64,000 bases of DNA from a virus. The position numbers and the translations under genes were made by a program. The notes beneath the pieces are model-generated. The model searched no databases. It saw only the letters and a program-made list of their open reading frames with translations, and had not been told where the DNA came from. Location of the stretch: the IMG/VR virus record IMGVR_UViG_3300045942_000110; one strand, 5' to 3'. Shown here piece after piece: positions 8,796 through 16,599 of the stretch (position 1 is the stretch's first letter; each line of letters begins with the position of its first letter).

Positions 8796-11087
8796 ATGGA
8801 GAGCGACCTCGTGCAGAACGATACAGCAAACGCAGATCGGCCGGCCAACGTGCAGGCGGCCCTGGATGCGATCGACCGCGGCTACTCGCCGTTGCCGATC
8901 CACAGCCACAGCAAGAAGCCGGCGGGCCTGGACTGGACGCGCGGCATCGGAACGACGGTCCCGGCGGAGGTAGAGAAGATCTTCCGGGATCACGCGGAGA
9001 AGCAGCACGACAACATCGGCCTGCTCCTCGGCGACGCGTCCGGGGGCCTGATCGACATCGACCTGGACCACCCCAAGACCCGCAGGCTGAAGGACCACTT
9101 CATGCCGCCGACGGCGATGCGTTCCGGGCGCGCGGGTCGACCGGGGTCGCACTACTGGTACATGGCGAAACCCGGCACGCTGCAGGGCTACCGCAAGTAC
9201 ACGATGCCCAAGAAGGCCGACGGCAAGACCGGCGACGTGATCGTGGAGTATCGCTCCACCGGCGGCCAGTCTGTGATCCCGCCGTCGATCCACCCCTCTG
9301 GTGAGAGCTACCGCTGGGAGGGCGACCCCTGGGGCGGCACTTCGGGACCCGCGCTGATCGACGGGCGCGTGCTGCAGGTGCAGGCGGCCTGTCTGGCGCT
9401 GGCGGTCGTGCTGCTGGACAACTGGCCTATGCAGGGCTCCCGGCATGAGGCGTACCTCGCGCTCGCCGGCGGGCTGCTCTGGTACGGGGACCGGGAGGTG
9501 CACCCGTTCTGGGAGAAGAACGTCGGCGTGCTCATCGAGGCCCTGGCCGAGGCCACGCTGGATGAGGACGGCGGTGAGAGCCGGAAGGCGGAGGTCCTTC
9601 GGACCACGCTGAACAAGATCCGTGACGGCCGTCTGGTCCAGGGCTTCGGGAAGCTCGCGGACATCATCGGCCTCGAGCACGTGAAGCAGGCGCGCATCCT
9701 CATCGGTGAGGTGGAGTCCGCTGCCGGCTACGTGTCACGCCAGGCCAGCGAACTGCCGGACGTCATGATGGCGGATCCGGAGCAGGCGCTCGATCAGCAC
9801 GCTTCGGAGATCGCGGCCAAGCCGATGGAGGACCGGGACCCGCTGGAGGACCGCCTCAACACCTGGCAGACCCTCGACCTGGAGCCCTACCTTGCTGGGC
9901 GCGTGAAGCCGGTGGAGCCCGCGGTTCTGGAGCGCATGAACGTCGACGGCTCGTTGTCGTACCTGATGTACCCCGGCCGCGTGAACATGCTGTTCGGTTC
10001 CTCGGAGTCGGCGAAGTCGTGGATCGCTCTGCAGATCGCTCGGCAGATGCTGAGCCAGCGGGTGCTGTACCTCGACATGGAGGACGACCCGGTGAACACC
10101 CTGGGCCGTCTGTTCACGCTCGGGAGCAGCCGGGACGACCTGGACAAGCAGTTCTACTACATCCGGCCGGAGGAGCCTCTCGCGCCGATGCAGCGCAACC
10201 GCTGGGGCAAGTCGGAGGCGACTCCCGGTGGTCAGGCGGGCCAGGAGCTGTTCGAGCACCAGCTGGCGCTGATCGACCCGGGGCTCATCATCCTGGACGG
10301 CATGAGCGTGCTCTACGGCCTGCACGGGCTGAACACGAACGACACGGTGGACACGGACGTCATCACCTCGTGGGCGAAGAAGCTGACGCGCAACGGCCGG
10401 TCGACGGTGATCATCATCGACCACACCGGAAAGGGCGCGGAGCGGGGCAGCATGCCGATCGGCAGCCAGCACAAAGTGTCGATGGTCCAGGGCACGCTGC
10501 TGCAGGTCTGGCCGGTGGCACAGCCGATGCCGGGAGCCCTCGGGAAGGTCGAGCTCATCGTTCTGAAGGACCGACCGGGTGAGGTGCGCAAGATCAGCAT
10601 GCGCAGCAACGGCGGGAAGGCCCAGCTGGCCGCAGAGGTGACGATGGACTCGCGGCAGCCCGGCCAGGTCATCATGGACATCACGGAGCCGATGATCGGT
10701 CCCATCGCCGGCAACGTCACAGCGGACCTCAAACGCCAGCGGGACGCGGACAAGGCCGCTCGTCGTCATGAGGAAGAGGAGCTGATCTTCTACGCCTTTG
10801 AGGGCCGGGACGACCTGAGTCTGAGCATGGCGGAGCTGAGTGGCCGTCTGCCGGATGGATTCATCTGGCGCACCCTGAAGTCCACCGGCGGCGGCTACAA
10901 CGCGTGGCGAGGCCCGGGCGTGCGTGCCCTGACGCGTCTGAGCGACCCGGATCGACCGCAGGGACAGGCTGTCTTCAAGGTGGGCAACACCCGGGACGCT
11001 CGCTACATGCTCTCGGTCGGTCTGGACGGGTACAACGAGATGCCGGACTGGGACGGCAAGGACGATGAGGACGACAAGGACGACTGA
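8796..11087 (+). CDS. bifunctional primase-polymerase (PrimPol) / RepA-DnaB-like helicase
   Basis: N-terminal IDIDLDH and IPPSIHPSGESYRWEG (PrimPol). Central P-loop-like GSSESAKSW and a RecA-type core (LIILDG, IIIDHTGK). The ATG at 8796 lies just 3' of the terminator hairpin. Confidence 0.85.
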   Translation: MESDLVQNDTANADRPANVQAALDAIDRGYSPLPIHSHSKKPAGLDWTRGIGTTVPAEVEKIFRDHAEKQHDNIGLLLGDASGGLIDIDLDHPKTRRLKDHFMPPTAMRSGRAGRPGSHYWYMAKPGTLQGYRKYTMPKKADGKTGDVIVEYRSTGGQSVIPPSIHPSGESYRWEGDPWGGTSGPALIDGRVLQVQAACLALAVVLLDNWPMQGSRHEAYLALAGGLLWYGDREVHPFWEKNVGVLIEALAEATLDEDGGESRKAEVLRTTLNKIRDGRLVQGFGKLADIIGLEHVKQARILIGEVESAAGYVSRQASELPDVMMADPEQALDQHASEIAAKPMEDRDPLEDRLNTWQTLDLEPYLAGRVKPVEPAVLERMNVDGSLSYLMYPGRVNMLFGSSESAKSWIALQIARQMLSQRVLYLDMEDDPVNTLGRLFTLGSSRDDLDKQFYYIRPEEPLAPMQRNRWGKSEATPGGQAGQELFEHQLALIDPGLIILDGMSVLYGLHGLNTNDTVDTDVITSWAKKLTRNGRSTVIIIDHTGKGAERGSMPIGSQHKVSMVQGTLLQVWPVAQPMPGALGKVELIVLKDRPGEVRKISMRSNGGKAQLAAEVTMDSRQPGQVIMDITEPMIGPIAGNVTADLKRQRDADKAARRHEEEELIFYAFEGRDDLSLSMAELSGRLPDGFIWRTLKSTGGGYNAWRGPGVRALTRLSDPDRPQGQAVFKVGNTRDARYMLSVGLDGYNEMPDWDGKDDEDDKDD

Positions 11088-11102
11088 TCACGGCTTCGCG
11101 AT

Positions 11103-11184
11103 TGAAAGATCGCTGAAAGATGTAGCACGCTGAGAATCGTGCTGCTGAAAGATCAATCGGCGGGAGAAAGATCGCTGAAAGATC
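11103..11184. repeat. iteron-like direct repeats (five TGAAAGAT units)
   Basis: TGAAAGAT at 11103, 11114, 11146 and 11176, and AGAAAGAT at 11165. The 18-mer GAAAGATCGCTGAAAGAT occurs at 11104-11121 and 11166-11183. Confidence 0.75.
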
Positions 11185-11279
11185 AGGAGCGGGTCTGGTG
11201 GGTGCTCCATCATCCGTCAGGCCCGTTTCCCACAGGTGGGGATAACCCTGTGGATGAGTAGCCATACAGTCACAGGGGA

Positions 11280-11400
11280 GTCGGCCTCATACGGGCGCGC
11301 ACCAATTTCTTTCATTTCTCCCGCACGTGTGCAGGGTCCTACGGACCCTGCACCGGGCAGGTGAAGTGAAAGAAGTTGGTGCGAGCACGCAGAGGCCGAC
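11280..11400. repeat. three-level nested inverted repeat
   Basis: Outer stem gtcggcctc / gaggccgac. Middle 20-bp AT-rich stem 11299-11318 / 11363-11382. Inner perfect 11-bp stem 11329-11339 / 11343-11353. Confidence 0.75.
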
Positions 11401-11446
11401 CCAATGAGAAATGGGGCGGAGAAAGTTCAAGTGCCCTCACCTCGGC

Positions 11447-11466
11447 GTGATACACTTGTACTACGG
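11447..11466 (+). promoter_or_regulatory. class-1 promoter-like motif, copy B
   Basis: gtgatacacttgtactacgg, upstream of gene 11509. Confidence 0.6.
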
Positions 11467-11508
11467 ACAGGGAAGGGCCCTGGACGGGATGGGAACACCG
11501 TGTTGACG

Positions 11509-11715
11509 ATGCCGACTGTGCAGGTGCACATCATCGACGAGTCCGAGATTGGGCTGACGGAGTGCGGGCAGCTGCTGCCCTGGAAGTCGGCGAGCGACCC
11601 GACGCCGTGGGATACGGGACGCGAGGAGAATGTGGCCATCTGGCCCGAGGAGCCGTCGCCCGAGGGCAGCGAGTTCTGCAACCGGTGCCTGAACGCCTAC
11701 ATGGCTCACGCATGA
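11509..11715 (+). CDS. hypothetical protein
   Basis: ATG 11509 (alternative GTG 11500) lies downstream of motif B. The track ORF start at 11404 would lie upstream of the promoter motif. Confidence 0.55.
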   Translation: MPTVQVHIIDESEIGLTECGQLLPWKSASDPTPWDTGREENVAIWPEEPSPEGSEFCNRCLNAYMAHA

Positions 11716-11927
11716 CCGGCGCGACGAGCACGACGGTTCGTCGACGGGACAAGTCGAAGCGGATCAAGTGCACGGACTGCGGCAAGAACATCGGGATGAA
11801 GAAGGAGCTGGTGCGGGGTGAGGACGGCTTGCCGTACCACCTGCTGTGCGCCGGATTCATCCACCACCCGAAGCTGGATCCCTGCGGTGAGTGCTTCACC
11901 ATCAAGCCGTGCCTCTGCGGCGACTGA
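11712..11927 (+). CDS. small Cys-rich (zinc-finger-like) protein
   Basis: ATGA overlap with the upstream gene. Contains CTDCGKN...LLCAGF...CGECFTIKPCLC. Confidence 0.6.
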   Translation: MTGATSTTVRRRDKSKRIKCTDCGKNIGMKKELVRGEDGLPYHLLCAGFIHHPKLDPCGECFTIKPCLCGD

Positions 11928-11953
11928 CGAACGAACAAGAGAGCGAGAACGAC

Positions 11954-12334
11954 ATGGGCAAGATGATCACCCCGTTCGACACGGGCATTCGACTCCAGGA
12001 TCTGGAGCTGGTCGATACGACGTACAACGACGTCACCGTCTGGCTGACGAAGTATTTCAACGACGCCCCGGCGTTGCTGCTGACGATCGAGGAGCCGGGC
12101 GGCCGCGAGAACCTCGCGATCGTGAGCTCGAATCTCGGGACGCTGCCGGCTGAGGGCTGCATCTGGGTGAAGGACTACAGCGAGAACGCCGGCGTGCTGG
12201 CACAGCTGCAGTCGCAGGGCCTGCTGGAGACCACCGGCGTCACGCAGCCCTCGGGATGGGTGGTCCTGCCCGAGGCGCGCTTCATCGGCGACCTCGCGGT
12301 GGCCTTCGAGCGGTTCAAGGAGGTGGCGTACTGA
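11954..12334 (+). CDS. hypothetical protein
   Basis: Internal ATG of track ORF 11891-12334. The stop is coupled (TGATG) to the next gene. Confidence 0.6.
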   Translation: MGKMITPFDTGIRLQDLELVDTTYNDVTVWLTKYFNDAPALLLTIEEPGGRENLAIVSSNLGTLPAEGCIWVKDYSENAGVLAQLQSQGLLETTGVTQPSGWVVLPEARFIGDLAVAFERFKEVAY

Positions 12335-12816
12335 TGGGCGCCGAAGAGCAGGGTCCCACGCTGGAAGAGCTGGGCTGGAAGATCGACCCCAATGGCAAGC
12401 TGGTCGTCGCAGCCACGGGCAGGCCGATCGTGCTGACCGACGCGCAGAAGGCGCTGATGGTCGATGTCCAGGCGCAGATCGACGCGTCGGTGAGCGAGCG
12501 GGCGCGGCAGATTGTCATCCGTGGAGTCGCGATGGACGTGCTCGCGGCCGACGTCGACCTGGGCAAGCTCGACGTGCGCGGCGCCGACTATGAGGGCGTG
12601 GTCCGCGTATCGCTGCGAGAGATGCACGAGCTGATGATCCTCGCGATCGAGGCCGACCGGACCGCACAGTCGGGCACGTACCGCCTCGAGCTGGCAGAGA
12701 ACGCCGCGTTCGAGGAGTACGCCATTGCAATGCCGGCGAACAGCGAGGACATGCGGCCGATCGTGCGCCAGGCGATCCTGAACGCGATCAACCCGAAGCC
12801 GGAGTCGCTCTCATGA
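12334..12816 (+). CDS. hypothetical protein
   Basis: ATG 12334 overlaps the upstream stop. Normal protein-like composition. Confidence 0.65.
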   Translation: MGAEEQGPTLEELGWKIDPNGKLVVAATGRPIVLTDAQKALMVDVQAQIDASVSERARQIVIRGVAMDVLAADVDLGKLDVRGADYEGVVRVSLREMHELMILAIEADRTAQSGTYRLELAENAAFEEYAIAMPANSEDMRPIVRQAILNAINPKPESLS

Positions 12817-13055
12817 GCCTGCGGACGCCGCTGCGTCGCGGCGACTGGGTCAAGCTCGAGTCGACCTCGGGATCGGTCATCATCGGGCAGGCTCAGCACG
12901 ACAAGGCGGTCGGAGGCTATTCCGACCTGCGAGTCCTCGTCGGTGGCGACCTCAACTCGAAGCGCGAGCCCGCTCAGACGTTCACGATCAACGTGAATAT
13001 GAACTACTGGACCGTCACGATCGTCCAGCCGAACAACCTGGTGGACGAGGGATGA
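12813..13055 (+). CDS. hypothetical protein
   Basis: ATGA coupling at both ends. Confidence 0.6.
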   Translation: MSLRTPLRRGDWVKLESTSGSVIIGQAQHDKAVGGYSDLRVLVGGDLNSKREPAQTFTINVNMNYWTVTIVQPNNLVDEG

Positions 13056-13546
13056 GCGGCCAGGAGCTGGACGAGGCCGTCGGTCGGATGCCGGGTCTGG
13101 TGTCCGTCAATCCTCGCTGGTCAGAATCGGTTGCTGCGCTGATGCGGCAGGAAATCGGTGACGAGTTCGAGCCTGGCGTGCAGGGCCTCTTCCGGTTTGA
13201 CAACAGCTGGGGCGCCTCGGTCATCACCGGCTACGGTGCGCACGGCGTCGAGCTGATGCTCACGGTCTGGCGCCCGGACGCGCAGAACGACGAGGAGGGC
13301 GCGTGGATGCTGGCGCAAAACCTCAAGGCTCCGCACTTTCAGAGCATGATCCCTGACGACCTGCGTTACGGCGACGTCGGCTGGCTCGACGCTGCGGGCC
13401 TGCTCGAGACGCTGAAGCGCATCGCCGAGCTGCCTGATTTGCGGCAGTTCCTCCGGCCCGAGACGAAGGACACTGTCGGTCTGATGGACGTTCTTCGCTG
13501 GCTTACCCCGAAGATCACGCTCTACCCGAAGGACATCGAATCGTGA
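13052..13546 (+). CDS. hypothetical protein
   Basis: ATGA coupling. No motif recognised. Confidence 0.65.
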   Translation: MSGQELDEAVGRMPGLVSVNPRWSESVAALMRQEIGDEFEPGVQGLFRFDNSWGASVITGYGAHGVELMLTVWRPDAQNDEEGAWMLAQNLKAPHFQSMIPDDLRYGDVGWLDAAGLLETLKRIAELPDLRQFLRPETKDTVGLMDVLRWLTPKITLYPKDIES

Positions 13547-13812
13547 GCAGCAAGAAGCAGATCCGTGAAGCGAAGCGCGTGGATACCCGCGGTCGCCGCC
13601 GTGCACCGAAGCGGACGTCCGGGCCCACTTTCCAGGGTCCCGACGGGCAGGCGTGGACGCTCGTGGCGGGCGATCCGGCCACGGGTAAGGGCATCGTGCT
13701 GTTCGAGACCTTCGGGTCCGCTCAGGGACCGCGGAATAAGCGTCCGGCGCCGGCGGTGTTCAAGCGGGACTACTCGCCGATCGGTCGTGGGGCGGTGGGC
13801 GGTCGTGCCTGA
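13543..13812 (+). CDS. hypothetical basic protein
   Basis: GTGA coupling. K/R-rich N-terminus. Confidence 0.55.
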   Translation: MSSKKQIREAKRVDTRGRRRAPKRTSGPTFQGPDGQAWTLVAGDPATGKGIVLFETFGSAQGPRNKRPAPAVFKRDYSPIGRGAVGGRA

Positions 13813-14113
13813 GCCGATCCTGCCCTGGCGCGTAGAGCGCTTCCTGATTCAGGCTGTGAAGGCCGGCCCGAGATGGGTGCAGCGGGATGCGCAGCAGCTG
13901 CTGGACACGTACGAGGGCCTGACCAACCTCGAGAAGGCCAAGCAGATCGTCGACGAGTCTAAGGAGCTGCGCGAGGTTCAGAACCACCTCAGGGCAGCGT
14001 TCAAGAACGACGAGCTGGACGGCGGCTGGCAGACGGCTCTCGAGCACCCGCTCTACCTGCAGGCAGCTGAGCGTTTGCAAGAGCTCAAGCAGCAGCTGAA
14101 GGAACTGATCTGA
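13805..14113 (+). CDS. hypothetical helical protein
   Basis: GTG 13805 overlaps the upstream gene by 8 nt. The remainder of track ORF 13565-14113 upstream of this is Arg/Ser-rich noise. Confidence 0.55.
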   Translation: MPEPILPWRVERFLIQAVKAGPRWVQRDAQQLLDTYEGLTNLEKAKQIVDESKELREVQNHLRAAFKNDELDGGWQTALEHPLYLQAAERLQELKQQLKELI

Positions 14114-14114
14114 T

Positions 14115-14336
14115 ATGGCTATTCGCAAGATCACCGTCGCGGAGTGTGACAACCCGCTGTGTGAGACCCGACGTGAGCACACCGCTGAAAGCGGGCCCGC
14201 GCTGGGGATCTTCATCGACAAGGGACAGTGGCACTTCGAGGCGGGCGGCATGCCGCTGCCGAAGACGTATGCGTGCTCGTTCGAGTGCTTGATGCTCGCC
14301 CTGCAGCACACGACACAGGAGGAACTGAGACGATGA
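14115..14336 (+). CDS. hypothetical protein
   Basis: ATG 2 nt after the upstream stop. Cysteines at CDNPLC and CSFEC. Confidence 0.6.
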   Translation: MAIRKITVAECDNPLCETRREHTAESGPALGIFIDKGQWHFEAGGMPLPKTYACSFECLMLALQHTTQEELRR

Positions 14337-14692
14337 CCGACATTGACACCGAAGAGCAGAAGCCCACCCCGCCCACGCCCGAAGAGCGCAAGCGGGGCAA
14401 GATCTTCCAGCGACTCGACTTGGGCATGTCGGTCTGGTTCAAGCGTCGGCCCTACAGCAGCCGCGGGAACTACTCCACGACACCACTGTGGCACCGCCTC
14501 GAGAAGATCGTGACCCTGGAGCGGTACGACAGCGGGGCCACGGCCAAGGAGACCTGGCAGGCCCTGTGCGGGTACACCGTCGAGTTGAGGCCGTGGATCG
14601 ACGGCATGCCGGACGTGCAGCATCAGGTCAAGACCGCGAAGATCCGCTGCACGAAGTGCACGAAGCTGTCCGAGAGGCTGATCACGTCATGA
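14333..14692 (+). CDS. hypothetical protein
   Basis: ATGA overlap. C-terminal CTKCTK motif. Confidence 0.6.
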   Translation: MTDIDTEEQKPTPPTPEERKRGKIFQRLDLGMSVWFKRRPYSSRGNYSTTPLWHRLEKIVTLERYDSGATAKETWQALCGYTVELRPWIDGMPDVQHQVKTAKIRCTKCTKLSERLITS

Positions 14693-15072
14693 CCGGGGTG
14701 CGGAATGACATGCGGGTCGAGCTGGCGCAACGCGCGGCCAAGATGCTCGGCGTGCCGACGTCGCGAGCGCTGGCGCTGATGCTCACTTACGAGGAGGCGC
14801 AGCACACCTACGACGAGGACACCCGCTTGCAGGCTGCGCGAGCGATTCTCTACTGGCACGACAACGTGAACCACGGCCACATGCTTCTCGGGCAGTTTGA
14901 GCTGACGCTTCTGCAGCTATGGGGCCAGGCCGATGACGTGAACAAGGACCGGCTGGCAATCGCGTTCCCGGCGATGGCCGATGCGCTTGACGTCTGGAAG
15001 ATCGCCGGCCGCGAGGGCTTGCAGGCATGGGCCGAGGGCACCTTCACCAAAGACAGCGGGAGGACAGCGTGA
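14689..15072 (+). CDS. hypothetical protein
   Basis: ATGA overlap. Internal ATG of track ORF 14488-15072. Confidence 0.6.
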   Translation: MTGVRNDMRVELAQRAAKMLGVPTSRALALMLTYEEAQHTYDEDTRLQAARAILYWHDNVNHGHMLLGQFELTLLQLWGQADDVNKDRLAIAFPAMADALDVWKIAGREGLQAWAEGTFTKDSGRTA

Positions 15073-15314
15073 TTGTGCGGGGCACCCGCGTACGCATCAC
15101 CGGCGTCATGAACGACCCGGCGCCGCTGCCGCTCGGCCTTGAGGGCACGGTGACGACGGTGATGAACCAGGGCACCTCCATCGAGCAGATCGCGGTTGAC
15201 TGGGACCTCATCGAAGGCGACCATCGGCCTCGGAGCCTCATGCTTCTGCGCGGGGACCCATTCGAGGTTGTTCCGCCCAAGCCGGCGACGCGATCGCGCC
15301 GCACAACGACGTAA
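15069..15314 (+). CDS. DUF4314-like small protein
   Basis: GTGA overlap. The pattern GTRVRITGVMNDPAPLPLGLEGTVT...VDWD...LLRGDPFEVV resembles the DUF4314 family as I recall it. Confidence 0.6.
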   Translation: MIVRGTRVRITGVMNDPAPLPLGLEGTVTTVMNQGTSIEQIAVDWDLIEGDHRPRSLMLLRGDPFEVVPPKPATRSRRTTT

Positions 15315-15339
15315 CTACGACCCAGGGAGTGACGAGCCC

Positions 15340-16482
15340 ATGACCGAACACGGCGACATCATCAAGACCACCTCGAGCCCGCACTACCGGGCTGAGGGCG
15401 TTCTGGACATGCGCAATCACTATTCCGAGGTGTATGAGACCCTTCGAGAACGTGAGAACAGCCTTGTACGCAAAATCCGAGGGACGTGGAATCGACTCTG
15501 GATCGCAACGGGCGCGTTTGTTCTTCAGTTTCCGATCCTGGGCATCATCATCATGGTGGGTGGTGAGCCGAACTGGCTGAACGCTGTCGCACTAGGTATG
15601 GGCGGAGCTTCTGTGGGTCTTTCCGCGCATCTCGGGCGAACCTCTCGACGGTCGCTGCGCTCGATGATCGAATCCAATCGCCTGGCCTTAGCTGAGCCGG
15701 CAATACTTCTGCGGGTGTGGGAGCGAGCACTCGAGATGAAGGATTGGGACGAGCAGCTTGCCGCTCTCGAGGCGGAGAACTGGCGTGAGCTGAAGCTCTA
15801 CGGCGAGCACAAGGTGCTGAACGAGAAGCCCTCGCCCAGGGTGAATATCCGAGGCGAGTCCTACGCGAGCATGGACAAGGCGTTCGGCGGTCAGGCGGGT
15901 CCGAAGACGCTGGCTGCTTTGAACGAGTTGAAAGCTTCGGGCGGCTGGTCTCCTCAGATCGACGAGAACTCCGAGGCTCGTGAGATAGCCCGCAAGCTGA
16001 TCGCCGGCTTGGACGAACTTCTGACCTCTGCCCAGGTCGAGGAGACGATGGACGTCATTGAGAAGCTCGGTGACCTTGACGTGGTTCCCGACTACGAGGT
16101 GCTGAGTGCTCTACGGCGCGGCGGCCACCGTCTTCGCAAGCTCCAGAAGACCGAGGAAGAGGTAGTCGACCTCACCGACTGGCAGGGTGACCTGGATCCT
16201 CGTCGGCTGTGGGCCGAGGACAACGAGCGGGAGCGCCGTGAACGCCTCGAGGAGAACCGACGAGCGTCAGGGTGGACCCAGCTGCAGATCGACCTGCAGG
16301 CGGCGGACGAGGCGTCCCGGCGTGCTTTCGAGGCATCGGGCTTGGCCGATTCGATCCACCCGCCGCGACGTCGTGGCGATCGCCGGCCGCCTTTCGATTC
16401 CAGTGTTCCGCACTACGAGGACTGTGCGTGGTGTGCGCATGACCCTCACCAGGCGAATCACAGCCATGAGGGCGGTCTCTGA
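15340..16482 (+). CDS. membrane protein with long helical C-terminal domain
   Basis: agggag SD about 10 nt upstream. Two TM helices (LWIATGAFVLQFPILGIIIMVGG, AVALGMGGASVGLSAHL) followed by a ~250-aa charged helical region. Ends in a His/Cys-rich tail. Confidence 0.7.
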   Translation: MTEHGDIIKTTSSPHYRAEGVLDMRNHYSEVYETLRERENSLVRKIRGTWNRLWIATGAFVLQFPILGIIIMVGGEPNWLNAVALGMGGASVGLSAHLGRTSRRSLRSMIESNRLALAEPAILLRVWERALEMKDWDEQLAALEAENWRELKLYGEHKVLNEKPSPRVNIRGESYASMDKAFGGQAGPKTLAALNELKASGGWSPQIDENSEAREIARKLIAGLDELLTSAQVEETMDVIEKLGDLDVVPDYEVLSALRRGGHRLRKLQKTEEEVVDLTDWQGDLDPRRLWAEDNERERRERLEENRRASGWTQLQIDLQAADEASRRAFEASGLADSIHPPRRRGDRRPPFDSSVPHYEDCAWCAHDPHQANHSHEGGL

Positions 16483-16545
16483 ACCATTCCGACCCTCGAA
16501 AGATCACGCCAGGACAGGCTGAGAGCCTGGTCAGAGCGGTTTTCG

Positions 16546-16564
16546 AGGTACACTAGTAGCACGG
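16546..16564 (+). promoter_or_regulatory. class-1 promoter-like motif, copy G (divergent)
   Basis: aggtacactagtagcacgg, 36 nt before GTG 16600. Confidence 0.45.
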
Positions 16565-16599
16565 CCAATCGCCTGATAGATCATAGGAAGAGAGCGTCT

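Noticed and set aside
11103-11184. CRISPR array
   Set aside because: The repeats are only 8-18 nt with irregular 3-24 nt spacing and there are no cas genes. An iteron or operator interpretation fits better. No other CRISPR-like array was seen in the window.
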